Below the pieces are notes generated by a model that made no database searches, had not been told where the DNA came from, and saw only the letters and a list, made by a program, of their open reading frames with translations. DNA of 58,013 nt, filler included, from Sphacelaria rigidula (taxonomy: Eukaryota), in NCBI GenBank assembly GCA_964200075.2. It is 8 parts of 8 records of this genome, joined end to end, with 100 filler letters (N's around TTAATTAATTAA, not from the genome) between each part and the next. Parts side by side here need not be neighbours in the genome. Positions count along the whole stretch, not along the records: positions 7,266 to 14,430 come from CAXNAA020016176.1; positions 14,531 to 21,695 come from CAXNAA020016177.1; positions 21,796 to 28,959 come from CAXNAA020016178.1; 5 more parts are not named here. One strand, written 5' to 3'. Made by a program: the position numbers and the translations under genes. Positions 12,578-23,889 of this stretch are shown here, piece by piece. Every line of letters starts with the position of its first letter. Position 1 is the first letter of the stretch.

Positions 12578-12933
12578 TCATCAAGGTCGACAACGCGGTG
12601 TTGACTCGTCGAAATCAGGAAAGAGGCCAGAGCAATGCCGCCCTGGGTGCAAGCAGTAAGGGAACTTTTCGGTCGGTGTAGACAGCGAGGGCCAGTGGCA
12701 AGTGTTGCTCCGCATATATGCGACCCCGCACGGGGTGGTACAGATTACGCGCCAGCTGTCATTAAAGGTCAAAAACGCGGTAGTGTTGATTGATGGAAAC
12801 GACAAAAGAAGCCAGAGCAATGCCGCTCTGGACGTTCGCAGGAAACCTCTCAGTCGATTCGGAGAGGAACGGCAAGTGGCAAGTGTTGCTCCGCGTACAT
12901 TCGACCCCGCACGGGGTGGTACAAGGTACGCGC
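12578..12933 (+). repeat. Diverged ~180-bp direct duplication
   Basis: Blocks AAGGTC.A.AACGCGGT, GCCAGAGCAATGCCGC.CTGG and AGTGGCAAGTGTTGCTCCGC.TA.AT.CGACCCCGCACGGGGTGGTACA occur twice. Confidence 0.85.
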
Positions 12934-13556
12934 GAGGGTCGCCGAAAAAAGCCGGGGAGGGAGGGTCGTCCCTCCGCCGTTCGGCGCGGATATCCGATGG
13001 TTGAACATGTCATCCAGGGTTCACTTAGCGTGTAGATCGTCATATTCGGGTCTTTCGAGGACTCACAGTCCCCGGCGCTCCCCCGCCTGTCGCATACGCG
13101 TAGTCTACACTGCGGGCGTTTCGTGCGAAACCTGAGGCACCAATTTGAGTGACAATGAGGCACGCCCTACCCCGTGAGCCTCCTAAACCCCCCCCCTTGC
13201 CCGAAGGTTGTTCATCTGCCCTTGGTTGAGTCCGAGTCGGGGTAAACGTGAGCGTTAGTGTTCGGCAGGAACGAAGTGTCTCAACCATCGCGTGGTGCTG
13301 AACTGAAGTGAAAACACGCGTGAAGCCCATCATCTGTAGATATTATACGATCAAACTCGGGCTATAGTCGTACGCTGAAAAGGTGGATGGAAGGGTGCAC
13401 GTAACAAATGCCGAACGTGAAGATCGGGCACGTAACAACATTTATGACGTATAAATTTATTTCATCTTGGTCGTGATGGTTCAGAGTAATGTGAAAACCA
13501 ATTGCATTTGTTCGTCCATCGAATTCCGGCGAATAAACGGACACGTTCGCTTAAAA

Positions 13557-13664
13557 TTAACCCTTGGGCAGCGATAGTGTGTCCCGTGTCGAATCTCGGC
13601 ATGAATTTTACTTGAGAAAAGTATGCATGATCCAAATGCACCACCCCCCCCGTCGAAGAGTTTC
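13557..13664. mobile_element. piggyBac-type TTAA MITE, diverged copy
   Basis: Starts TTAA-CCCTTGG; core GGCATGAATTTTACTTGAGAAAAGTATGCATGATCCA shared with the 23290, 52184 and 55748 copies. Confidence 0.65.
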
Positions 13665-13705
13665 AAGATGAACTCGAAAAGATGGAGCAAAACAGTTCGG
13701 TCGAA

Positions 13706-13815
13706 GGGATGTACTCGTGATTTGGCATGCCGTAGTTATGAGACCATTGATATCGCATCCCTACAAAGCCGGGACGGAGCACGCCGGGTGTTGCCGGACC
13801 AGGCTCGCAATCATC
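13706..13815 (+). repeat. ~110-bp interspersed element, full-length copy
   Basis: Matches consensus end to end; a G run follows at ~13829. Confidence 0.9.
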
Positions 13816-14258
13816 AAGCGAGTCTAGTGGGGGGGGGGGAGGGACAGCGTGAGGCTTGATTGAAACTAGTACCGGTCTCAAAAAAAGCCGCGGTGTGCCC
13901 CTCCATGCCAGCCAGAATCTTGTATGAGGAGGGCGTACATGAAAAAGGCCATCTCGTGGGAGAGCAAATAGCGACTCAGGCATCTGGGGGTCGGTCATAG
14001 TAGTTGGGCATGTGCCCTCTCTCATCACCTCTGCAGGAGAGAGAGACAGAACTTATCACGGCTCAGAAGCAGAAGAAGAGAAAGCCGAGAACATAAAGTC
14101 CCATCCCCAGAGAATGCGGCCTCCCCCAGTCGAGATCACTGCAGTAATTATTACTTGTTTTTTTCGAGATGACATGACCCACATAAGGTACTACAACATA
14201 CTGTTCTAATCATGATTGATGGTATCCTACCATGAAGTGACATCGTAGCACCCCCCCC

Positions 14259-14367
14259 GGTGATTGCGAGCCTGGTCCGGCGAAGACCCGGCGTGCTCCG
14301 TCCCGGCTTTGTAGGAATGCGAGGTCATTGGTTTCATGATTACCGCATCCAAGATCATGAGTATCCC
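14259..14367 (-). repeat. ~110-bp interspersed element, full-length copy between C-runs
   Basis: CCCCCCCC-GGTGATTGCGAGCCTGGTCCGGCGAAGACCCGG...GATCATGAGTATCCC-TCCCCCCCCC; another partial copy at 14394-14430 is cut by the contig end. Confidence 0.9.
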
Positions 14368-14530
14368 TCCCCCCCCCATGCTCCGTCTCGAAAGGGATGC
14401 GTGGTCAATGGCCAAACGACTACGGCAAGCNNNNNNNNNNNNNNNNNNNNNNNNNNNNNNNNNNNNNNNNNNNNTTAATTAATTAANNNNNNNNNNNNNN
14501 NNNNNNNNNNNNNNNNNNNNNNNNNNNNNN

Positions 14531-16734
14531 ACAACTGCGCCGGCCTCTTGTTCCATGACAGACCAATTCTGTTCATTCGGAAAAGTGGTGCGACTCAGAT
14601 AGACAATGGGACGAACAGTAGCATCGACTTGCTCCTGTTCCAATGTGCAGCCAAACCCAATTTTGGAAGAATCTGTGTGGAGCCGGAAAGGGCGGGAGCC
14701 ATGCTCCGCGGCCGACCAGTCGGGAAAGACGAGAATCGGCGGGCGCGAAAGGGTGTCGAGGAGGTGGCGGACGGTTTTTTCCATTTCCAATATGAACACA
14801 AATTTCACCCCTTTTTTGAGGAGGGTGGTGAGGGGTTTTTGCTTTTGGGCAAGGTTTGGCAAGTATTGTCTGTAGTAGCGTAGACCTCCCAACAAGAAAC
14901 GCAGTTGAGAAATGTCTCGTGGCATGGGCATATCGGAGAGTGCGGCGACCTTGTCGAGGTTTGAGCTACGACGTTCGGGGGTGATGCAATGACCGAAGAA
15001 CTCAATCTTCGTGGCGCCAATGCGGGATTTAGAGGGTGCGAGTTTCAAGTTGTGTTGTTTAAGCCGATTGAAGAATGATGTCAACTGTTCGACGTGTTCG
15101 GCCGGTGTGGAGTCGTGGCACACCGCATCATCAAGGTACATATGGCATTTGGGCAATCCATCAGTTACACGGAACATTACACGTTGAAATTCACCTGGAG
15201 CTCCGGCGGCACCTTGTGATGTAACCAACCACTCGTACAAACCTGATGGCGTGCAAAACGCTGTCAGTTCAATGGAATTTCGATCCATCACGAGTTGGTG
15301 GTAGCCGGAGTGCATGTCAAAGTTCGAAAATACTTTACTCCCGCCAAGAGAGTCGATAATTTCATCAATCCGTGGAAGTGGCAACCGGGCGATTTTGGTG
15401 ACAGCGTTCAATCGTTGATAGTTGACCGTCAGTCTGATTTTGCCATTCTTCTTACGGACGACTACTAGAGGCGAGGCCCACGGAGACGTCGAGTGCCGAA
15501 TCAAACCGGCAGATAAGTAACCATCGAGAATTACCTGGATCTTATCCGCTAAAAGGGGGTTCGTACGGTACGGACGCATAGCGATAGGAGGAGTGCCATC
15601 AGGAATCTTGATCTTAAACGGTGTCGTGGTACATCGACCTAAATCCAAGGGTGCAGCAGAAAACCGTTCAGAGTATCTAATCAAGATGGATCTCAATCTA
15701 TCGATTACAGTGGGTGTCCAACCATCGCCAGATAGATCAAAAACAATATGCCGTAAGTGAGGGGGAATGTCATCCCACAACTTTTGAAAACTGGCGCGTT
15801 GTTCTGGAGAAAATCTATCCAGTAATGAAGTTGGGGGTTGAGGGTCAGGCGCATCTGGTGAATTTGTCACCACCATGGGATCAGACGTGTGTAGCGGAGT
15901 GGGGCCCGTAGATTTCGGGGGGTCGGTCGGCGAGTTGTTGTTCGCAGGGGGACACACATCTGACAGGGCTGTTCGTATGAGAGGCGCTTGAGCATAACCC
16001 AACAACTGACCGTTGAGTATATCGAAACATGCAGAGGACGTGAGGTAAATGGCCTGCCTACCTTCGTGGACAAAGACTTCGGTCTGTTCAAACGGACCAA
16101 CCTGTGCTTGGTCAGGTTTGAGCAACTCGACCAAATAATGTCCTGTGAGGGCGGGCGATCCATTGCGTCTCACGAGGTTCACTTGTATTAGTTGGGGTTC
16201 ACAAGAAAGCGAGACTACAGGTTCACCAACATAGTACAGACGGAAAGCATTACCTGTTTTCGTGGGATCATCCTCATAAGCATGAGCTCCCGAATCAGTG
16301 TCGAAGTGACCCAGAGACAGTTTGCCTGTTACTGGACGGTTCGGGACAGGTGTGTCCGCCGTATACGTATGTGTGGAAATACGAAGCCAACTATCCCGAC
16401 CCAACAAAACATCGAAAGACATGGAACCGTCGGGCACTGTTAGTGCCCATACGGACAACCGAGCAGTGGGAGTAGTATCCTGGTAAAATTGTACACTTTG
16501 TCTCACCGATTGATTGACCGTAAGAGATGTGGAGGAACCAAACCCACCAAAAACACGAGGGTGCACGGTGGACAGACAATGCTCGTCCGCCGCGCCCGCG
16601 TTGATCATCTGTTGCCAGCAGCTGGCGGTAATGAACGTTTGAGGTGAACCCGAGTCTGGTAGTGCAAGAGCTATCAAATGACAGCTTGCACGTGCTCCAC
16701 TATGTAAACCTATTGGTCGTAAAAGAAGCATCAT
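14531..16734 (-). CDS. pol: Ty3/gypsy pol (aspartic protease, reverse transcriptase, RNase H), truncated by contig end
   Basis: Long open frame with protease LALPDSGSPQTFI and DVLLGRDSW; RT SPWASPLVVVRKKNGKIRLTVNYQRLN, FDMHSGYHQL, TAFCTPSGLYEW, YLDD; RNase H LHTDSSKIGFGCTLEQ and YLSRTT..EQNWSVMEQEAGAV. Confidence 0.95.
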
Positions 16735-19700
16735 CCAGAGTTACAGTACCACTCACGAGATCGGGCCCGAATTCGGGTATGACATCTGACACATCCTGCT
16801 TTGCGTTTTGAACGAAGGTGCTAAAATACACCCGTTTATGATCCTGTGGGACAAGATTTTGGTCGGAAGGATGGTGCGTGCATGGAGTGTCAGTGTTTGT
16901 GCCTGGAATATTTGTCTCATCAGTTGAGGGTTGAATCTCATGTACTGCAACGGAGGGGCGATGCCGGGGAAGGGCAGTTGTCGTGGTTGGACCCGACAAC
17001 TGGTCTGTGCTTGGTGTTTCACCCTTATTGGCCAACAGAGGGGGCGAATCGTCATTGTGCAAAGCGGGATCAATTACAGTATCCAGCTTGGTCGGAAAAG
17101 GGGACGATTCATCGGGGCGCGGTGTTGAGTTTGATACGCCAATCAACTCAATACCATCACTAGTTAGGGCCAACATGGGAGGTTTCGGAGACGATTCGTC
17201 AAGACGCGGGGTTGGTAAAGCTGTACTGTTCAACCCGGCGTCTATTAAAGGGGCCAACGTGGGCAAGTTAGGAGACGATTCGTCTTGCGTAACACTTTGT
17301 TTGCCTGGTGACGAACACACGATTGAGGTGCCTTCATGACTAGGATGCGAACGTCCATGAGTCGGCGAAGTCTCTGTCCCTACGGACGGCAACGCTTTAT
17401 CGTAAATGGATTCTAACGTAGTGCACGCGGGGTGGTCAGGGAGCAGTAGCGATCTGTTCGAAATCTGGGGAGTACCGGCCTGTTCCACTCTAAGGTTTTC
17501 ACCTGTCTGAGCCCACACGCAATCTCCTTGGAGTTCACGTGCGCTTGCTACATTAGGGTTATCGACATGATCATCTGGAGGAGCCCGCCTCTGGTGGCGC
17601 GTGTAGCGCACGAAAGGGTCGGCGGCTCCAGGAGCTATTGAAATGAGTTCTTGGACAGTCGAACCTAGGTCACGCTCTTGGCGCACCACCTGAGTCGCTG
17701 TCACTTGGGGTTCCATTCCAACCCGCTGAGAGACGGATAGCATGGGTTCTTTGCGGTTGCGACCCTTCAAGGAATAATTACGCTCATCAAATAAAAGGGA
17801 ACCGGGTACCGTAGTTTTTGCGGAACTCGGTAGGGTGGTCAACCGGGCACTTGAGCAGTTGGGGGGTGCTTGAGTGTGAGGCTTTGAGTGTTGGTGTCCT
17901 CCACTGAACAGGCAAAGGGACAGCGACTACCGTACCACAAGATATTTCGGCTCCTGATGCGGTAAAAACTGCACTAAATAACTTCCTCTCCCCCGAAGAG
18001 AAGAGATTCGATTGAATATGATTAATACCGGGTGCATGTAACACTGGGTTAACAAATCCAGGATTAAAACGTTGGGTTTGGTCATTGCTCACTTGATAGC
18101 CATGCAACGGTGCACGGGCTTCGACTGTCTTGGAACCCTTCAAGGCAGTGTTAGCATATCCAGGGAACCCACACCACATGGTTGAATCCGCGGTGGCCAC
18201 CGTTGATTCGTGCGTGCGACGTGCGTGACCTGGCCGAGCGAAAACAAATTGTTGACATAAAAGTGTTGGGTACTTCTGCAGTGAATTACCGGTCATTGTA
18301 TATTTCTAATTGTGGGATTGTATCAACTAAATGAGAAATGACTTACAGAAGTAGAAAAATAAACAGGCAGGTGGCGGAGCTTAGCTTTTGGGCTTAAGCA
18401 ACGCATCCTGGGTGACCCCACTGTATGCTATTTGAAATCTCCGCAACTTGTAGAACGTTCCCAAATGGTTGTCAAGCTGTGAGGTGAGCATCAGTGCTGT
18501 GTGGGTACCGCCCTGGCGGGGTTCAACCGCGGCACTAGGTCCACTCATGTGCAAACGTCTACCGTTTTGTGCGTGGGCCGGTGCATGTGGTTGAAAGTGT
18601 GCCAGGTCAGGTGGGTTAGGCGGTGAATCAGTTGTCGCCTTGGGGGTGGAGCAGGCGACCGTACGACGCAGCTGTGATTGCCAGACTTGCCCACATAGTC
18701 CAAAATGACGCGAAGTTTCCAAGTGTCTTTTTGTGAACAGCTTATGTTCTTGCTCCACAATTTCCAGAGCCTTCGTGGATTTGCGTATCGCGCGTTCGAG
18801 TTCATTTTGTTCTGTTGGCTTGTTCTCGGAATGGACATCCATCTCACGGGGGACCTGCGCGGGCTCTTGTACCCCAGAGAAACCCTCATGTTGACCCGCC
18901 TGGAGGCGGGCAAATTCCAATTCTCTCAACGCATGTTCAAGCTGTGCTAGATTGCTGTCATCAATCTGGAGTCAGCACTCTTTTTGTTCCGTGACCGACA
19001 AATTGTACCAATGACACTGGGAATAAGGCTGGGCGGTTTTGCCGAAGCCGGTCGTGTGTTTCGTCACGCGTGGGCAGAGATTGTTCCGATTTGGGTGACA
19101 ACAGCCAGAGTGGGGCGATGAGAGGGTTCAGCACCGGTTTGGGTGCGGAGGTCATCGTCAGAAAAGGTTTTTGTAGCATCGGGGCTCACTTGGAGGGATG
19201 CCATCTGAGAATGAAAAGTGGGAACACCATCAGCGTTTTGAGTGGCTGGTTGGTGTAAAGGGGGGTGTGCACGAAGGGGGGTGGGATGAGCATGTGGAGG
19301 AGGATTGTCATCATCCACACTCACATCCCTGAAAATACTTCCTGCAACGACGCTATCATCAACATCAAAACGTTCCGGTTTGTTTTTGCCAACCGTCTCA
19401 CTACGCATGATTTGGGTTGGCTGTACGGTTTTTTTACCGTTGTCTGTAGGGAGCGCACCGTCCTTCGTGACATCGTGCTACGATGAAGTCGATGGGCGGT
19501 TGATATCAGACATGGCTTGTACACGTGCACCATTGCGCCAAACCGGTAACGTAGAGACGCAGAGGTCGAAACGTCAACGCTTCGGAGTGGAATTGAGCAT
19601 CGTTGTTGAAGACTGGGGCGGCGTGAACAAAAATAAAGGGATAGAGTAGCAGGGTACTGTCGACAGTCGATCGACATGTAGATTTGCGCACTCCGCACAT

Positions 19701-19847
19701 GCATGAGGTCTACCACCTTTTCAATCAGGCGCAGACGTAAGGAAGAAAACAAAATATCGAAGGCACACAACAACCCGTATGTGTGTGCGTTGGTGGACAA
19801 AGTGTAGTAGCAAAGAGACAAGAAAACGAAAGTTGTCACAATCAACA
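14531..19847 (-). mobile_element. Ty3/gypsy LTR retrotransposon, 5' part with disrupted gag region
   Basis: Chain of closely spaced or overlapping minus-strand ORFs (19408-19064, 18929-18381, 18296-17787, 17842-16700) leads into pol. Candidate LTR starts TGTTGA at 19847 and candidate primer-binding site TGGTAGACC starts at 19715; both limits are tentative. Confidence 0.7.
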
Positions 19848-21499
19848 TATTCAGTGACTGTCATCAGCGCAACAGCGCATAGGACAACCTGCATGCCACG
19901 AAGGGATATACGTGTGGGACGCAGCGAACCGCAATGTCAACCGCTCAGTTCTGTCTTTAGTTCACTGAAAACAGCCGCGTTGGAGTCTTGGTGACGTACA
20001 TCGCACAGGTAGACAGTTAATAAATGTACAAGCACAACCGAAATACAAATGTGTAGTGCAGTGCAGACAGCAGCGTAAAAAGCACCAGACAACGAAATGC
20101 TGTGTGGCACAGTACAGTACACATGATCTTCACGTGGTCCAGCGGGCGTGGTCGACAGTGCATTACGATATCAATTTGTTCGCATCACATGAAAAACAAT
20201 CTGACACAACGTTATGCCCGCGCCGTGTTTTTATCTACAGTGCAATATAGATTACTTTGTTCAGATAGTGTAGCAGTACCAACGCATGCTACAGTGCGGC
20301 ACCTCACCGTCCGCAAGATACTCCCCGCTGGGACCATTTGTAATCGAAACGGTGCTGTACTGTCGTCAGCACTTCAATTCGGAGCAATATTGGAACGGGA
20401 AAGGTGAGTGGCCTTCTGGACGACCAAGTATGTACTGTAGTGCGTGTTGGTGGGGCGGCAATCAAACTGTAGTGTACACTGGTGCCGTGCAAGAGTAACA
20501 ACAGTACAGAGCCGAGCGCTTGTGTACAAGTAACATGAGCCTCGCGCATCGCCGTGTTCAATCATGCTCGTGTACAGATAACATTATTATCCTGGTCCAT
20601 CATGCCGAATCGATATAATTCGGTGCGCATGGTGGCTCAACGTTCCGTGTTTGGGCAAGAAAAGTTGTACGTACAACGGGCGGCGATTGAAATAGCCCAC
20701 GAACTCTTTACCTGCAAGCATGAATCGGCGTGTGTTTGAACACATGTCGGTCGATTCGGTTGATACAGAACCGACGGGTTGTGAACAGGGGCGCTTGCGG
20801 TGGCAGGTGGTCGAGAGGGCGGTGAAAAAGCTACGGACCCTTGAGGGGCGTATCTAAACAAGGAACGTGTGAGCGGCTCTATTATCCGAGAACGGCCCGT
20901 GGGTGAAAAAGGACACGGCACTTCAGATCGAGTGTGCCTGAAAACGCTATGCGTTCTCTGTGCAGTGTAAAACGTTGCCAGAGAGAGCGCATCCGCCACA
21001 GTGGGTTGGCTTGTACCGTCGATATGACCTGTAGGGTGCGGGGAATATGCTTGTGCAGCAAGAGAGGGTTGACGTGTGCGCTCGTACCTTGAGCGCTTCA
21101 TGGTTCGGTTGCCACTGCCTGAAACCAACGTGAGTACTGTATGGCACATCAAACACCTGCAGCTAACTTGAGTCAGGATATCTGTTAAACTCTGAGTAAA
21201 AGAGAGAACAGTTGTCTAAGAAGCTGTGTAATTACCTTGGTATATTATGCCGCTAAATCATGTACATAAATATCAAGTGAAAACGAGGGCCGAAAATACA
21301 AGGTTTTCGAGAGCAAACCGTGAGCTGGTGTTTGGTTGTGTGTAAGCAGCGGCCGATCGAAAGAGAAAAACCGTACAGCTTGAATGAAACAAGTTACCTC
21401 TGAAGCCCCATGTGTGGTAGTAGTAGGAGCAAAGCAAGCCACAACCCGAGATGGGTGAGTATGTGACGCACTGGTTCTGTTTTCGGCTCGTATCTCAAA

Positions 21500-21690
21500 C
21501 TAACAGCCAATCATCTATGTTGAGGATGGAGACTTTCATTGAGGATGAGAGCCAGTAGGATTAAAATCTTCGTATCGACACTAAATCTTCAAAATATGGT
21601 TCCATTCCTTTACCTACTGGTGGCTAATTATAACTCCTACATGTCCTAAAAATTTGGATGTCAATAACCGAACTATTGGGATCCCAAATG
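21500..21690 (+). repeat. Dispersed ~170-190-bp repeat; reverse-complement homolog at ~23070-23234
   Basis: CTATGTTGAGGATGG..CTTTCATTGAGGATGAGA...AAATATGGTTCCATT.CTTTACCTACTGGT.GCTAATTATAACT.CTACATGTCCT.AAAATTTG..GATGTCAATAACCGAA is shared between two different contigs. Confidence 0.85.
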
Positions 21691-21913
21691 AAGAANNNNN
21701 NNNNNNNNNNNNNNNNNNNNNNNNNNNNNNNNNNNNNNNTTAATTAATTAANNNNNNNNNNNNNNNNNNNNNNNNNNNNNNNNNNNNNNNNNNNNGAACG
21801 CGGCAGGTGATAAAGTACCACAAGATTGCTGGGGTATGCATTTCACAACAGCAGCGATATGGTCATGTATATATCGGACTGATTCGGGAAACTCGAGGAG
21901 TACTTACTGAAAC

Positions 21914-22110
21914 ATCAGATGCCCTCCAGAGGATTCGTTGATGTCCATTCCCTACAAGGTATTCAGACCTCAGAAGTCACTGGAGCATCAGATGCCCTCA
22001 TCAAGAGGATTCGTTGATGTCCATTCCAGAGGGATAAAACACCTCTAGAGGGTATTTTACCATCCAGAGGGTCATTTACCCTCCAGAGGGTCATTTACCC
22101 TCCAGAGGAT
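21914..22110 (+). repeat. Short repeat cluster built on the quasi-palindrome CCCTCCAGAGGG
   Basis: CATCAGATGCCCTC..AGAGGATTCGTTGATGTCCATTCC x2, then ~19-bp units TTACCCTCCAGAGGGTCAT x3-4. Confidence 0.8.
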
Positions 22111-23289
22111 GAAAATCACGATAGAGGATTTCCAAACAGGAGCCGAATGGTCGCGTGTGCAGAAGTCGTTGAGAAGACATCCTCTTGCCCCCCATTCCAT
22201 GTCTTGGGCAAGCGGATCGAAGTCTTCATCAGCCTCGACTGGTTTCAAATCACATACACCGATTGCGAATGTATGTACACACAGCCATGCTATATACCTT
22301 TAGCTTGTGGTTATGATGAAAATCCTCCATGAACCTCACATATTCAAGCATACAAGCTTAAAAACCCGTAGTCCCGTCTTTACCATTCGAACACCAAAGT
22401 GAAGCATTTTTTCGAGTGAACACGCGAAAACTTATGATCGCGGTTTATCCCGTACATTGATGACGATATGACCATCACAACAATGAGCATGGTTTGATGC
22501 TATACTGAACAGTACAATGCCGTGTGGGAAAGTCCCATATCGTGCTTACATACGTGCTGTGCAATATACTGCAGATTTAGCGCGGCATATGCGCCACGTA
22601 TGGCTGAACAAAGTTGATGCCTGTAACTTTGGGTGCATGGGGGTGTTATATACCGTCAGCTACTGAGTGTACATCACAATGCCCGTTCTTACAGCGTGCT
22701 CACCGCTGCAGTCAGTAGGACGTGAAAGGAAAGCGGACAAAGTACATTACAAACAGCGCAGGGCTATATGCATGTTTTCTGCTTACAGTGCTTTGTCTGC
22801 CTGCACGGTCCATGGGTGTGTATGCAGTAAACCGCCGGTTGTTGCCCGCACCATACCCCGCTGTTCACGTTCAAACTTCTACCAACAAGACATACATCAT
22901 GCCCAACTACTGTAGTGTGTATCTATATCCCTGTGCCCAACTCGTGCTCTTTGCTGCAGGGTTTTTGTGGTGGTATTATAGCTGGGAATAAGTGTTGTCG
23001 GGTTTGTAATTCAATCTGTGAACGGCGGGTGATACATATATTTTTCGCCGAAGTACCCCGAAATTGGATTTTCCCGTAGGACCCCAACATTTCGGTTATT
23101 GACATCACAAATTTTCAGGACATGTAGCAGTTATAATTAGCTACCAGTAGGTAAAGAAATGGAACCATATTTCAATCCTCTGGGTTCTCATCCTCAATGA
23201 AAAGCACCATCCTCAACATAGCTGATCGGCTGTTTTGACAGCACGACTACTCGATTCTACTCTTAAAGAAGTTATGAGAAAATTATGGT

Positions 23290-23393
23290 TTAACCCTTAG
23301 CCCGCGAGATTAGTCTTTGTGGATCATGCATACTTTTTCACTTGAAAGTGATGCCGATTCAACAGAAGATTAACCTCGCGGTCCAAGGGTTGA
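23290..23393. mobile_element. 96-bp piggyBac-type MITE with TTAA/TTGA flanks
   Basis: TTAA|CCCTTAGCCCGCGAGATTAGTCTT...AAGATTAACCTCGCGGTCCAAGGG|TTGA; ~24-bp imperfect terminal inverted repeats (TIRs). Confidence 0.85.
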
Positions 23394-23889
23394 GGCAGGT
23401 GGGCACTGACCCTGGCTTGTCTAGAACGTTTCCTTGTCGAAATTGTAGTCAAATGCGCTTCTCAGGACATTCCGTTGGGAGGAACGTTATCCCAAGCAAA
23501 ATAGAAGATACTCCGCGAGATATTGAAATTGACCGCGGGGTATTAGCTGGATGTTTGGTTCTCGGTGCTGCGGACGAGAGTTGTTGATCCCCTCGAGGAT
23601 TACTCCCTTTTGTGTCCCATAATCAAATTCTACTCCATTCGTTGTGAAAAAGCTGCCCGGAGCAGACATCAACCTCTAAACACGCTAGCGCCCACCAGCT
23701 GATAGTACAGACTGATTTACTGTAACAAAAAATGTCCACGCCTACGAGTGTAGTAGACGGGAATAGCTCTCCCACAATACGAGAGGAAAGATTGGCCCAA
23801 GTTCGTCGAAAGAAGGAGGAGATCCACCGCTAGAAGCATTACCTCAAGACGGAAATTCAAGAGCTTTGGCACGTTCTTGAACGAAGCTT

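Noticed and set aside
21914..22030. Repeat-spacer-repeat arrangement resembling a mini CRISPR
   Set aside because: Only two imperfect repeats, merging into a tandem array; no cas genes; eukaryotic context.
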